From IMG/VR virus record IMGVR_UViG_3300025645_000071, positions 1 to 63,180 of that record: DNA of 63,180 nucleotides; one strand, 5' to 3'. Numbering within the stretch: position 1 is the stretch's first letter; the number at the start of each line of letters is the position of its first letter. A model generated the notes under the pieces. That model worked only from the letters and a program-made list of their open reading frames with translations, searched no databases and was not told where the DNA came from. This DNA is from a virus (taxonomy: Duplodnaviria; Caudoviricetes). The translations under genes and the position numbers were made by a program. Positions 1 to 8,014 of the stretch are shown here, one piece after another.

Positions 1-151
1 TTTTGTGTGTCTGTAAATTGTTTCATTTGATTTGGATTTTTTCGATTAGTATTTTAATGTTGCTTTCATCGCCTTCGTAGTATAGGTGCGGTAATTCGTC
101 ATCCTGACTGAATGTATTCGGATTAATATCTACTGTGCTATGCACATGCTT
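1..151. repeat. Terminal overlap (circular assembly), copy 1
   Basis: Identical to 63030-63180 except T127 vs C63156. The 151 bp length resembles a read-length overlap. Confidence 0.95.
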
Positions 152-298
152 AATGTAGTTGTGATGTACGGATAAGTAGTCCGTATAAGTTTCTTTTGCA
201 TCCTCAAATGACGCAAATAGCTCTGTCTGACAATAGTCAAGGAGTGAGTCTAATACGTGGACGGCATATACGTGTGTCATGATTGTTTTTTCGTTCAT
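23..298 (-). CDS. Early hypothetical protein
   Basis: The ORF track gives 23..334. The ATG at 298 follows AAAACCAAGCAAA and overlaps the stop of 295..477, so it is the likelier start. Confidence 0.7.
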   Translation of the reverse strand: MNEKTIMTHVYAVHVLDSLLDYCQTELFASFEDAKETYTDYLSVHHNYIKHVHSTVDINPNTFSQDDELPHLYYEGDESNIKILIEKIQIK

Positions 299-477
299 TT
301 TGCTTGGTTTTCTAAGGTTTCTAATTGAAGACACAATCTGTCTAGAGTTGCCTCTGCATGACGTATACTTAGTTGTTGCTTCTTGATTTCATCTTTAGTG
401 CGGGCTATTAGGCCTGCTCGGTTTGTCTTCCACTCACGGAAATCTCGTTCTGATTGAGTTAAACTAATGTTATCCAT
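295..477 (-). CDS. Small coiled-coil early protein
   Basis: 60 aa with a heptad-like pattern; upstream AAAACCAATTCAA-ATG. Confidence 0.7.
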   Translation of the reverse strand: MDNISLTQSERDFREWKTNRAGLIARTKDEIKKQQLSIRHAEATLDRLCLQLETLENQAK

Positions 478-559
478 TTGAATTGGTTTTTAATTTGCGC
501 TAATGTATAAGGTTTTATTTCTATATCCTAATTTGGTTCCGACTTTCTCGGTATTAAGT

Positions 560-611
560 AGTATATGTATTATATATCTCTCAATTACATTGAGATATAT
601 AATACTATACT
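560..611. promoter_or_regulatory. AT-rich bulged hairpin element H1
   Basis: GTATTATATATCTC (567-580) pairs with GAGATATATAATAC (592-605). Core TCAAT-TAC-ATTGA; outer arms AGTATA/TATACT. Confidence 0.7.
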
Positions 612-973
612 TCTAAAGGTTCAGCCTTCAACCTCTCCTCCTTGCTACGTAGGTACGCTTGCTCTGGAGTTTCCCCATCTCTAATTTCTAAAGAAATCGC
701 ACACCTCCGTGCTTTGTAGCTTGGTTCGACTTCACTCTTCAGATACGTAGTACATATGTTGGTACGTGCTTGCCTATGCTCCATTCTTTGGTTGCTATTC
801 AACCCTAGCCTAACCTTACGTGCAAGGTTCCTACCACTGAAATCTTTTACCTCCTCTAAAGAGGAAATGTGAACAGTCATCTCTTTAATTAAGCGCATAG
901 CTATCCGCTTGTTTTTTGTAGTCGGTTGCTGTTTAGCTAATCGTACAGCTGAACGTATGTCTGTGAATTTCAT
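605..973 (-). CDS. Basic early protein, N-terminal domain paralogous to 1127..1393
   Basis: Probable start MKFTDI at 973 (upstream ACCCAAACAG). 35-residue ungapped similarity to the neighbouring gene. Confidence 0.7.
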   Translation of the reverse strand: MKFTDIRSAVRLAKQQPTTKNKRIAMRLIKEMTVHISSLEEVKDFSGRNLARKVRLGLNSNQRMEHRQARTNICTTYLKSEVEPSYKARRCAISLEIRDGETPEQAYLRSKEERLKAEPLEV

Positions 974-1126
974 CTGTTTGGGTATGAGTATGCTGTGAAT
1001 AGAATAGAGACTGAGATGATGGCAATGAAGCACCAAGCTATGTATGTAACCATGTGAACTGATTTGATTTGTTACTGACTACCCCCTTAGGGGTAGTTTC
1101 GTCCACTCAGGACTCATCAGAGCAAC

Positions 1127-1393
1127 TTACTTACTTAGCGTAGCTAAGTGTTCAAGCAGTTGTGCTTTGGTCATCTTCGACAACCCCTTAACAGGAGTAG
1201 CTTTTGACTTGGCTTTGGAAGTCTTCGACTTCGCTTTCTTAGGCACAACCACCTTCAAGGCTTCAACCTCAGCAGTCAGTTCCTTTAGGAACTTCAAGGC
1301 AATAGCTTTCTTTTGCTTCGTGCAGTTGTACATAGCTTTGTTTACTGCTGACTTCGTCTCAGCAAGGACAGATTTTGATGTAGATTTTGACAT
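1127..1393 (-). CDS. Lys/Ala-rich early protein with C-terminal Rho_N/HeH-like motif (putative nucleic-acid binding)
   Basis: Histone-like KKAKSKTSKAKSKA stretch and LSKMTKAQLLEHL tail. First gene of the minus-strand block. Confidence 0.7.
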   Translation of the reverse strand: MSKSTSKSVLAETKSAVNKAMYNCTKQKKAIALKFLKELTAEVEALKVVVPKKAKSKTSKAKSKATPVKGLSKMTKAQLLEHLATLSK

Positions 1394-1436
1394 CTGAAAT
1401 TGGTTTTGAATGAGAGGGGATTTGCATATTTAAGTT

Positions 1437-1493
1437 GTTGTATGTATTAAATATATCTCTCAGTAAGAACTGAGATATATTTAATACTACAAC
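1437..1493. promoter_or_regulatory. AT-rich bulged hairpin element H2
   Basis: GTATTAAATATATCTC (1444-1459) pairs with GAGATATATTTAATAC (1472-1487). Core TCAGT-AAGA-ACTGA; outer arms GTTGTA/TACAAC. Confidence 0.7.
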
Positions 1494-1499
1494 TACTAA

Positions 1500-2090
1500 G
1501 GGTTCAGTGCAGGGTCAGTGCAGAGTAGTAGTATACTACTCTATATAGGAGGGGAGGAGTTGTCCCCCAAGCCTATTAGACTACCTTCGGTAACCCAAAA
1601 CTAAACGCATATACACACACATAAAGCTGCGCATGAGGTCGGTGCGGACAAATGCCTAGTCGTCAGTGAGTTAGCAAAAGCTGAAAAGTATGCGCAAATG
1701 CGTGAATGCACTGCGTATACGTTGATGCGAGTGCGTTTCGGTGTGCGTCAGCTAGCGTCTACATGTATATATAATCCCCAAGCTCTATATTTCTCAAAAA
1801 AATTTTCACCAATTTTTTCTACAGGCGCTATTTTCGCCGTTTTTTACTCTTATGCGGCGGTTGCCAAATTCTTTAGGATCAGAATTGTGACTACCTAATC
1901 CTTATATTATCAATCCATTACAAATCATCACTTGAAGTAATTATTTACGATTGTTTTTAAGTTTTTTATGGGTTAACTTTGCTCAAGTTTACTAAACGAA
2001 TAGCTTTTGTAACTGTTTATGATGGTTTTAGTGTATTAGTTAATTTGTTTTTGTATGGGTTGATCAAGCCCAAGCTATATCCATCACTAA
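1500..2090. other. Non-coding strand-switch region, candidate genome end/pac or origin
   Basis: Divergence point of the early and late blocks. Repeated TGCG, then A/T tracts; no credible ORF. Confidence 0.45.
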
Positions 2091-2097
2091 ATGACAC

Positions 2098-2123
2098 ACC
2101 CCCTTAATATATGGGGGTTTTTT
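2098..2123 (+). terminator. Rho-independent terminator
   Basis: ACCCCC-TTAATATAT-GGGGGT followed by a T run. Confidence 0.6.
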
Positions 2124-2129
2124 ATTTCT

Positions 2130-2137
2130 TATCTTTG
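2130..2137 (+). promoter_or_regulatory. Bacteroidota-type -7 promoter element
   Basis: TATCTTTG matches TAnnTTTG and lies 4 nt before ATG 2142. Confidence 0.65.
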
Positions 2138-2141
2138 CTTT

Positions 2142-3542
2142 ATGGAGAAGTCTAAGTTCAGAAACAATAAATTAAGAATCCTTTTAAAAGAGGGCTACCC
2201 ATTTAAACAAGCGGTAGCTATGGCTTACGATAAGGGGAAGAAGGGCGATGAGGGATTAACTACTGATCCAACTGATCCAAAGAAATCGGCAGCCTCGTCA
2301 GACTCTTTAGATGTAGCGTCTTTTAAGTCTGGTATTTCTCAGGTAGAAAGTGGGGGTGGACAAGAGATATTTATGATTAATCCTGAAAGCTCGGCTACGG
2401 GGTTGTATGGTCAAAGATTTAGCGAAATCGAGGATGATTATGATGGTACCAGGGAAGAGTTTTCTACAGATTTAGAGGCTCAAGATAAATATATGGATCA
2501 GAGGATAAATGAGGGTATTAACGCCCCTTCATTGCAACGTAATGCTACAGATCTTACTGCAGAATATAAAGATCAACTAGGTGATAAGTGGAATTTTTCT
2601 CAAAATGAAGTTGCTGCGCTGACCCATTTCTTAGGTAGGCAAGGAACTAGAGAATATTTCGCTGCTCTACGTGATGGAAAAGAGTATGTGGTTTCTGGCA
2701 CCAATAAAACCCCAGAGGAATATCTAGAGATATTTAATGAGGGGGAAGCAAAAGTCAAGAACTATGGTGGCTATGTAAGGCCTATTAAAAAAGGTGAAAA
2801 CGGTACAACTACAGACGATGGAGTTTTATCTAGCTTGATAAACCGAATGAGAGAAAAGCGTGACGAAAGGATAGATAGAAGGGGTGAGAGAAGGGTCGCT
2901 AGAACAAATGTTAAACAGTCTGAAATGACTGATGAAGAATTAGAGCAGATGATGGATATGATTTCATCTACAACAGGTGGGGATCGTGTTCCTTCTGCTG
3001 GTTATTTTAATCCTGCTACTAGAACTGCAGAAGTAGACTTTGATGAAAGATTTAAACCAGACGACTTAAACAAACCTACAGACCCTAATGAGATATTAGG
3101 CCACGAATTAATACACAGCACTCAGTTTGGACCTTTAAGACAGTTAGCAGAAAAGCTTGGGATTGATACAGCTCCTAGAGTTCAAGACCCAGATATAAGG
3201 AAGTCTTTCAGAAAAGTAAAAAGAAGTATTAGACAGCGTGATATGGAAGATAGCTTAAGTGATTACGGTAATTACATGGCTGGCAGAAGAGGGCAAAGAG
3301 GTGAATACGAAGCTATTATGAAAACAGGTATTACTTCTGCTCTTTCACAAGGTGTAGACCTTTCTGGAGACTTTGACTCTATAGCGAGAAATCTTTCACA
3401 AAATGCTGGTTCAACCAATATTAGACAACTTTCTGACTTCATGAACAACAATGATTGGGATAGTAATCAAAAACAAATTATTATGCAAGCTATTAGAGCT
3501 AGTGAAGAGTTTACCCCTTATAATATAGATCAAACTCTATAA
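2142..3542 (+). CDS. Virion protein with lytic transglycosylase-like and zincin metallopeptidase domains
   Basis: ISQVESGG...NPESSATGLYG (lysozyme-like/SLT) and HELIH...EYEA (HExxH). Start moved from 2091 to 2142 because of the terminator and promoter. Confidence 0.7.
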   Translation: MEKSKFRNNKLRILLKEGYPFKQAVAMAYDKGKKGDEGLTTDPTDPKKSAASSDSLDVASFKSGISQVESGGGQEIFMINPESSATGLYGQRFSEIEDDYDGTREEFSTDLEAQDKYMDQRINEGINAPSLQRNATDLTAEYKDQLGDKWNFSQNEVAALTHFLGRQGTREYFAALRDGKEYVVSGTNKTPEEYLEIFNEGEAKVKNYGGYVRPIKKGENGTTTDDGVLSSLINRMREKRDERIDRRGERRVARTNVKQSEMTDEELEQMMDMISSTTGGDRVPSAGYFNPATRTAEVDFDERFKPDDLNKPTDPNEILGHELIHSTQFGPLRQLAEKLGIDTAPRVQDPDIRKSFRKVKRSIRQRDMEDSLSDYGNYMAGRRGQRGEYEAIMKTGITSALSQGVDLSGDFDSIARNLSQNAGSTNIRQLSDFMNNNDWDSNQKQIIMQAIRASEEFTPYNIDQTL

Positions 3543-3554
3543 AGAATAATATCT

Positions 3555-3562
3555 TATATTTG
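3555..3562 (+). promoter_or_regulatory. -7 promoter element
   Basis: Intergenic TATATTTG before ATG 3575. Confidence 0.6.
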
Positions 3563-3574
3563 TAAAAATATCAT

Positions 3575-4000
3575 ATGGCAACACTTACTGTAACAATTAA
3601 AGAAGAATTAGTCCTTAACGGAAAGGATGTAGGGGGTACTAACATACATACCTATGGGGCTACAGAAGTATACCATCGTGTAGTAACCATAACAAATACC
3701 GAGAAAACGATATTGTTATTTGGTGCAGCCGTAGAAGGCGGTACTATTAAAGACAATACGCTTGCTTATTTAAGGATTACAAACTTAGACACATCTAACT
3801 CTATGAAGCTTAGAATAAGAGATGTAGCACAGGAGTTTATGATTCAAGTAGACGCTGGGAGCTCTTTTATTTTAACGGAAGATAAGCTGGATGCAGATGC
3901 TACTGGTAGTGATGAAACTATAACGCTAGCTCAAATAGACAGCATAAAAGCTACTGCTGGAACTAGCACTCAATCAATAGAAATATTTGCAGCATCATGA
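3575..4000 (+). CDS. Putative capsid decoration/auxiliary structural protein
   Basis: Beta-rich; MATLTVT...YLRITNLD resembles 18447 and 18845. Confidence 0.6.
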   Translation: MATLTVTIKEELVLNGKDVGGTNIHTYGATEVYHRVVTITNTEKTILLFGAAVEGGTIKDNTLAYLRITNLDTSNSMKLRIRDVAQEFMIQVDAGSSFILTEDKLDADATGSDETITLAQIDSIKATAGTSTQSIEIFAAS

Positions 4001-4605
4001 AGACTATAAGGGCAAATAAATATCAAGGTCTTTTAGACGCACCTAAAATGGACGCAGGGGGTCAAACTAATCCTGTTAGTAAAGGTAGTAGGAGTGTAAA
4101 ACGGTCAAAGTTAAGAGATATTGAAGATAGACAGATAGCACCTATTGAATCTTTATTAAGGCGTATAGCTATGAAACAAGAATTAAAAGAAGGTGAAAGT
4201 AAAGGAGATGCAGAAGCTTCTACAGGAGAGATAGACTTTAGCATGGGATCAGAGGGGGAGTCTTGTAAAGAGGTAGATGGAAAGATAGTTTGTGGGGCTT
4301 ATGGTTACGATCAGGGAGATGCAGCAGATTCAGCTGCAGGAGAAGATCGTGAGAAGAAATCTATGGCTCTTATATTAGCAGACTTAATTCAGGGCGGAAG
4401 AGACGCAAGACAAACAAGCCTTAAGAATAGAATGAAGAGGGTTGGCAAAAGAAGAGAGCTATACTCTAAAGACAAACAAATTGGCATGAGAAACCCAATT
4501 GCTAGGGCTAGATACAAATCACTACAAAGAAGGTTGGCTAGATCCGAGGGTCGAGAAGATGCAGGGGAGTCTGGTGGAATGCAGTTAATAAAGGCTTCTT
4601 TCTAA
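3997..4605 (+). CDS. Hypothetical protein (putative internal virion protein)
   Basis: 202 aa, charged, KMDAGG motif. Confidence 0.7.
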   Translation: MKTIRANKYQGLLDAPKMDAGGQTNPVSKGSRSVKRSKLRDIEDRQIAPIESLLRRIAMKQELKEGESKGDAEASTGEIDFSMGSEGESCKEVDGKIVCGAYGYDQGDAADSAAGEDREKKSMALILADLIQGGRDARQTSLKNRMKRVGKRRELYSKDKQIGMRNPIARARYKSLQRRLARSEGREDAGESGGMQLIKASF

Positions 4606-4690
4606 TTGAAGAAATTTTACTTCAATCCTATAAAAAAAAGAAAAGATCACGTAAAAGAAGCGGAAAAGATTCGACTTAATAAACTTAAAA

Positions 4691-5185
4691 ATGAAATTAG
4701 AAGTAATAAGGTTCAACAAAGGAAAGGACTCTACTAACGGTATACTATTTGATATAACTAATGAAAGAAAATTTTTATGCTATACTCTCGAAGATGAGAG
4801 CCGCCAAGAAAAAGTTTGGGGAGAGACTTGTATACCTGAAGGAGAGTATCAAGTCAGGTTTAGAGATGTGGGTAGATACCACGCCAAGTACTCTAAAAGA
4901 TTTGCTGACATACATATGGGCATGCTTGAAGTCTGTGATGTTCCAAATTTTAAGTATATTCTTATTCATTGTGGTAATACTGATGAGGACACTGCGGGAT
5001 GTTTATTGCTGGGTGATTCGCAAGAGAACAACAACATCAAAGAAAACGGATTCATCGGGCGCTCCACACAAGCCTACTTCAGGGTCTACCCGCCCATCGC
5101 CGAAGCGCTCAAAGAAGAAGAAGAAGTAACTATTGTGTATAGAGACTTCTCTACGTCAGTAGTCTTAGATCCATTATCTTTGTAA
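4691..5185 (+). CDS. DUF5675-like (L,D-transpeptidase fold) putative endolysin
   Basis: CYTLED...GETCIPEGEY...ILIHCGNTDEDTAGCLLLG signature. Confidence 0.8.
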   Translation: MKLEVIRFNKGKDSTNGILFDITNERKFLCYTLEDESRQEKVWGETCIPEGEYQVRFRDVGRYHAKYSKRFADIHMGMLEVCDVPNFKYILIHCGNTDEDTAGCLLLGDSQENNNIKENGFIGRSTQAYFRVYPPIAEALKEEEEVTIVYRDFSTSVVLDPLSL

Positions 5186-5186
5186 C

Positions 5187-6311
5187 ATGTTAGGATTAGC
5201 AAACACAGCATTATCAGGTTCAACACTAGAGGCTTTATATAGTATAACTCTTGACGGTACGGATGATTATATAGACTTAGGAACGGGTATAAATCTCGGT
5301 AGTAACGATTTCACTATTTCTCTTTGGGTGAAAACAGCCGACTTCCATTCCAAGTTTTTTATTTCAGAATACGAAGATGCAAATAATAGATGGTATTTCC
5401 ATACTAATAGTGTAGATCCACCTCAATTACATTTCGTTCAAGTTATAGGTGGCGTGGCACACACTACGTATGTTGATACAAGCGGAAATACAGATTTAGA
5501 TAGCCTCCAGAACGCTTGGACACATCTTGCTATATCTGCAGATAGAAATGGAAATGTGATAGGTTATGTAAACGGTGTTGCAGGAAGTACTACTTCTGGG
5601 CAGGCAACAAGTTTAACCACTGCAGCAAATGCAAGGATAGGAAGATACGCCGTCTCAACTTACAGTGATTTTCAGATTGACGAAGTTTCTATATGGAACG
5701 CAGCTCTAACCTCAGGCTCTATACAAGCTATATACAACCAAGGGAGTGCAATAGACGTAGCTTCAGGAGCAAGCATAGACTCTACGTATCTTAGAGGATA
5801 CTGGAGGATGGGGAATGGAAAGGATGATGATAAAATAAACGGAGTTATTCACGATCAGCATGATCCTGGGTATGGGGCTGATGTAGTTACTGATGGTGAT
5901 TTTCCAAGCCTTGATAATTGGACTATAATAAATGCAACAGGAGCAAATCAGGTTACTCTTGTTGATGGTACGGCAAAAATAACATATGATCATACTGTGT
6001 CAGCAGATGGTTTAGGTGTACGTCAAAGTGGTATACTCGTGGTAGGCAAAACGTATAAGTTAACGATGGATGTTGTTTCTATAAGCGGTGGCGGTGTGAA
6101 ATATTTCAGTGGCTCAACGGAACATGAGAATTCAATTGGTACTGGTGCTCATGAGTCTTATTTTATTGCCACTGGTGTTGATTTTACTGTATATCGACAA
6201 ACACCCAGCTCATCTTCAGTTTCAACTTTAGATAACATTGTTATAAAATCACTAAGAGGTATCCCAGGTTTAACTTCTGGCGGGCCAACATTTAGCTCTG
6301 ACACCCCTTAA
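5187..6311 (+). CDS. LamG/concanavalin A-like domain structural (fibre) protein
   Basis: LDGTDDYIDLG, FTISLWVK, WTHLA, YVNG, IDEVSIWNAALT, GYWRMG. Confidence 0.85.
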   Translation: MLGLANTALSGSTLEALYSITLDGTDDYIDLGTGINLGSNDFTISLWVKTADFHSKFFISEYEDANNRWYFHTNSVDPPQLHFVQVIGGVAHTTYVDTSGNTDLDSLQNAWTHLAISADRNGNVIGYVNGVAGSTTSGQATSLTTAANARIGRYAVSTYSDFQIDEVSIWNAALTSGSIQAIYNQGSAIDVASGASIDSTYLRGYWRMGNGKDDDKINGVIHDQHDPGYGADVVTDGDFPSLDNWTIINATGANQVTLVDGTAKITYDHTVSADGLGVRQSGILVVGKTYKLTMDVVSISGGGVKYFSGSTEHENSIGTGAHESYFIATGVDFTVYRQTPSSSSVSTLDNIVIKSLRGIPGLTSGGPTFSSDTP

Positions 6312-6320
6312 TAAAAGACT

Positions 6321-6572
6321 ATGACTACATACGTAATACTAAATACAACAGAGGTAAAGGATGAAGATGGTGAAGTCCTTATAGATTTTTCTCAGCTATC
6401 TAACCGTAATGCTGATATGTTACGCTACAGTAAAGACGGTAGTAAAGCCTTAGTTAAGTACAAGGGAGATCAACCATCGTTTTTAGATGGTAAGACAACG
6501 TATACACACGCAGAGATAATGGTTGTGTTAAGAGATACTGACGGAGATTGGCACGCAGAGGCTGAAGACTAA
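6321..6572 (+). CDS. Small phage protein following the LamG fibre gene
   Basis: IDFSQL...LRYSKDGSKALVKY...PSFL pattern; position after the fibre gene. Confidence 0.7.
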   Translation: MTTYVILNTTEVKDEDGEVLIDFSQLSNRNADMLRYSKDGSKALVKYKGDQPSFLDGKTTYTHAEIMVVLRDTDGDWHAEAED

Positions 6573-6991
6573 CCTTCTAAATCTTTATAAAACCGTTGAA
6601 CAAAAAGCCTAGCTTTTTGAGTTAAAGCATATCTCACTCTGTAATTATATTTAGTTTCATCTCTAAATAAATGGTCTTCATATGTGTCTGAAGGTGTTAA
6701 TTTATCAAAGTGTTTATATATGTATCCAATTTTCATTAATGGGTACACATATCTTTTTCCCATATTAGATCGGCTTGATTCAAAGTCTTTGCTAGCGTAA
6801 TCTAAAGTAAAAAATTGCAGGTCGTATGCCCATAGCATAAACTCTATTTTAGAAAAATCCATTTCTAGTTTTTCCGAATACTTATTTTTTAAAACTTTTA
6901 AGTTTTTAAGATAGTTGTTATTAATATATATCTTATCTTGTTTAGCGAAGTCTCTAAATAAGATTTTTTTTGATATCTTACTTTTAGGCAT
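6569..6991 (-). CDS. Putative winged-helix DNA-binding protein
   Basis: IEFMLWAY..FT..., PLMKIGYI, RYALTQKA resemble a MarR-like wHTH. Lone minus-strand gene in the late block. Confidence 0.6.
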   Translation of the reverse strand: MPKSKISKKILFRDFAKQDKIYINNNYLKNLKVLKNKYSEKLEMDFSKIEFMLWAYDLQFFTLDYASKDFESSRSNMGKRYVYPLMKIGYIYKHFDKLTPSDTYEDHLFRDETKYNYRVRYALTQKARLFVQRFYKDLEG

Positions 6992-7020
6992 TTGTATTAA
7001 ATTTGTATTAAAGCAAAACT

Positions 7021-7323
7021 ATGACAAAAGATTTCGAATTCTTACTTCATATGCAAAGACTTATGTTTGAAGCAGAAGCTTTGGCAAAGCAATATGACGT
7101 AGAAGATAGATTTATTTCAATTATGTTTGCTGGATTAATTGACCCTTTACATGGTAATATATCAAAACTTAATGCAATGTATAGTTATAACATACAAGAT
7201 GTTGATGAATTAATGGAGATACAAGATTTTATATTTCATACATACAATGTTGACGAAAAAGATGAATTAGACAATAGAGATCTAGGTAATTTACTAGATG
7301 GAACAGGAATAGAACTAGAATAA
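7021..7323 (+). CDS. Hypothetical acidic protein
   Basis: 100 aa ORF preceded by TAAATTTG (6998-7005). Confidence 0.7.
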   Translation: MTKDFEFLLHMQRLMFEAEALAKQYDVEDRFISIMFAGLIDPLHGNISKLNAMYSYNIQDVDELMEIQDFIFHTYNVDEKDELDNRDLGNLLDGTGIELE

Positions 7324-7324
7324 A

Positions 7325-7567
7325 ATGGAAGGAGTTATCAGAAAAATTATTATTGGAAAAGATCCAAAAGACGCTATGGCCTATTATATAGGAATGAGAG
7401 CTGGAAGAGGGGAGGTTAGCGCAATAGTACGTGACGAGAAACATCTTCACAGATATGGCAAAAATAGATATTTGGTATATTTACAAGATGATAACGATAA
7501 TTCTCAAGCGTTATGGAAAAGTGTGGATGACATGCCATGCATGTTAGAATTTGATTGCAACTTTTAA
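7325..7567 (+). CDS. Conserved hypothetical phage protein
   Basis: IRKIIIGKDPKDAMAYYIG motif, recalled from Bacteroidota phages. Confidence 0.75.
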   Translation: MEGVIRKIIIGKDPKDAMAYYIGMRAGRGEVSAIVRDEKHLHRYGKNRYLVYLQDDNDNSQALWKSVDDMPCMLEFDCNF

Positions 7568-7568
7568 A

Positions 7569-7871
7569 ATGGTAAGAACAGAACTATATACATCTGGAGG
7601 TGAATTTAACCTTCCTAATGGAAAAGAATATATTGGGGCATATCATGTTCACTTTGATAAAGGTGCTATGGTAGGAGGGTTTCATAAAGTAAAAGCTCAC
7701 GACAGATTAAAACCTATGAATAGAGCTGCAGAACAATTGGTTCAATCAATAATGAAAAATCTTCAAACAGAAAGAATGCAAGAAATTGCAATAAAGTCTT
7801 TATCTAGCGGCACATCTTCAAGGTCAAGCTCTAGTGGATCAGGAAGCTCAGGAGGTTCAGGAGGTTATTAA
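7569..7871 (+). CDS. Hypothetical protein with Ser/Gly-rich tail
   Basis: LYTSGGEF...EYIGAYHVH...MVG. Start at 7569 follows the upstream stop. Confidence 0.7.
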   Translation: MVRTELYTSGGEFNLPNGKEYIGAYHVHFDKGAMVGGFHKVKAHDRLKPMNRAAEQLVQSIMKNLQTERMQEIAIKSLSSGTSSRSSSSGSGSSGGSGGY

Positions 7872-8014
7872 TGAAAACAATTAAAAGTAAAGGGTTTGGA
7901 GACACAATAGCTAAATTCACAAAAGCTACAGGATTAAACAAGCTAACACCAAAAGATTGCGGTTGCAATCAAAGGCAAGAAAAATTAAATAAAATATTTC
8001 CTTATAAAAAATGA
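7871..8014 (+). CDS. Small conserved protein (GDTIAKFTKATG...DCGC), not in ORF track
   Basis: Manual translation MKTIKSKGFGDTIAKFTKATGLNKLTPKDCGCNQRQEKLNKIFPYKK, coupled to both neighbours. Confidence 0.75.
   Translation: MKTIKSKGFGDTIAKFTKATGLNKLTPKDCGCNQRQEKLNKIFPYKK

Noticed and set aside
720-735. GGTTCGACT T-loop-like sequence
   Set aside because: No flanking T stem or acceptor stem; it lies within a coding gene on the other strand.
560-1493. CRISPR array or MITE interpretation of the repeated palindromes
   Set aside because: Copies are dispersed and divergent with no regular spacers; there are no cas or transposase genes and no target-site duplications.
1167-1898. Plus-strand ORFs 1167..1397 and 1698..1898
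   Set aside because: The first is the antisense shadow of 1127..1393. The second spans the repetitive non-coding switch region with no protein-like features.
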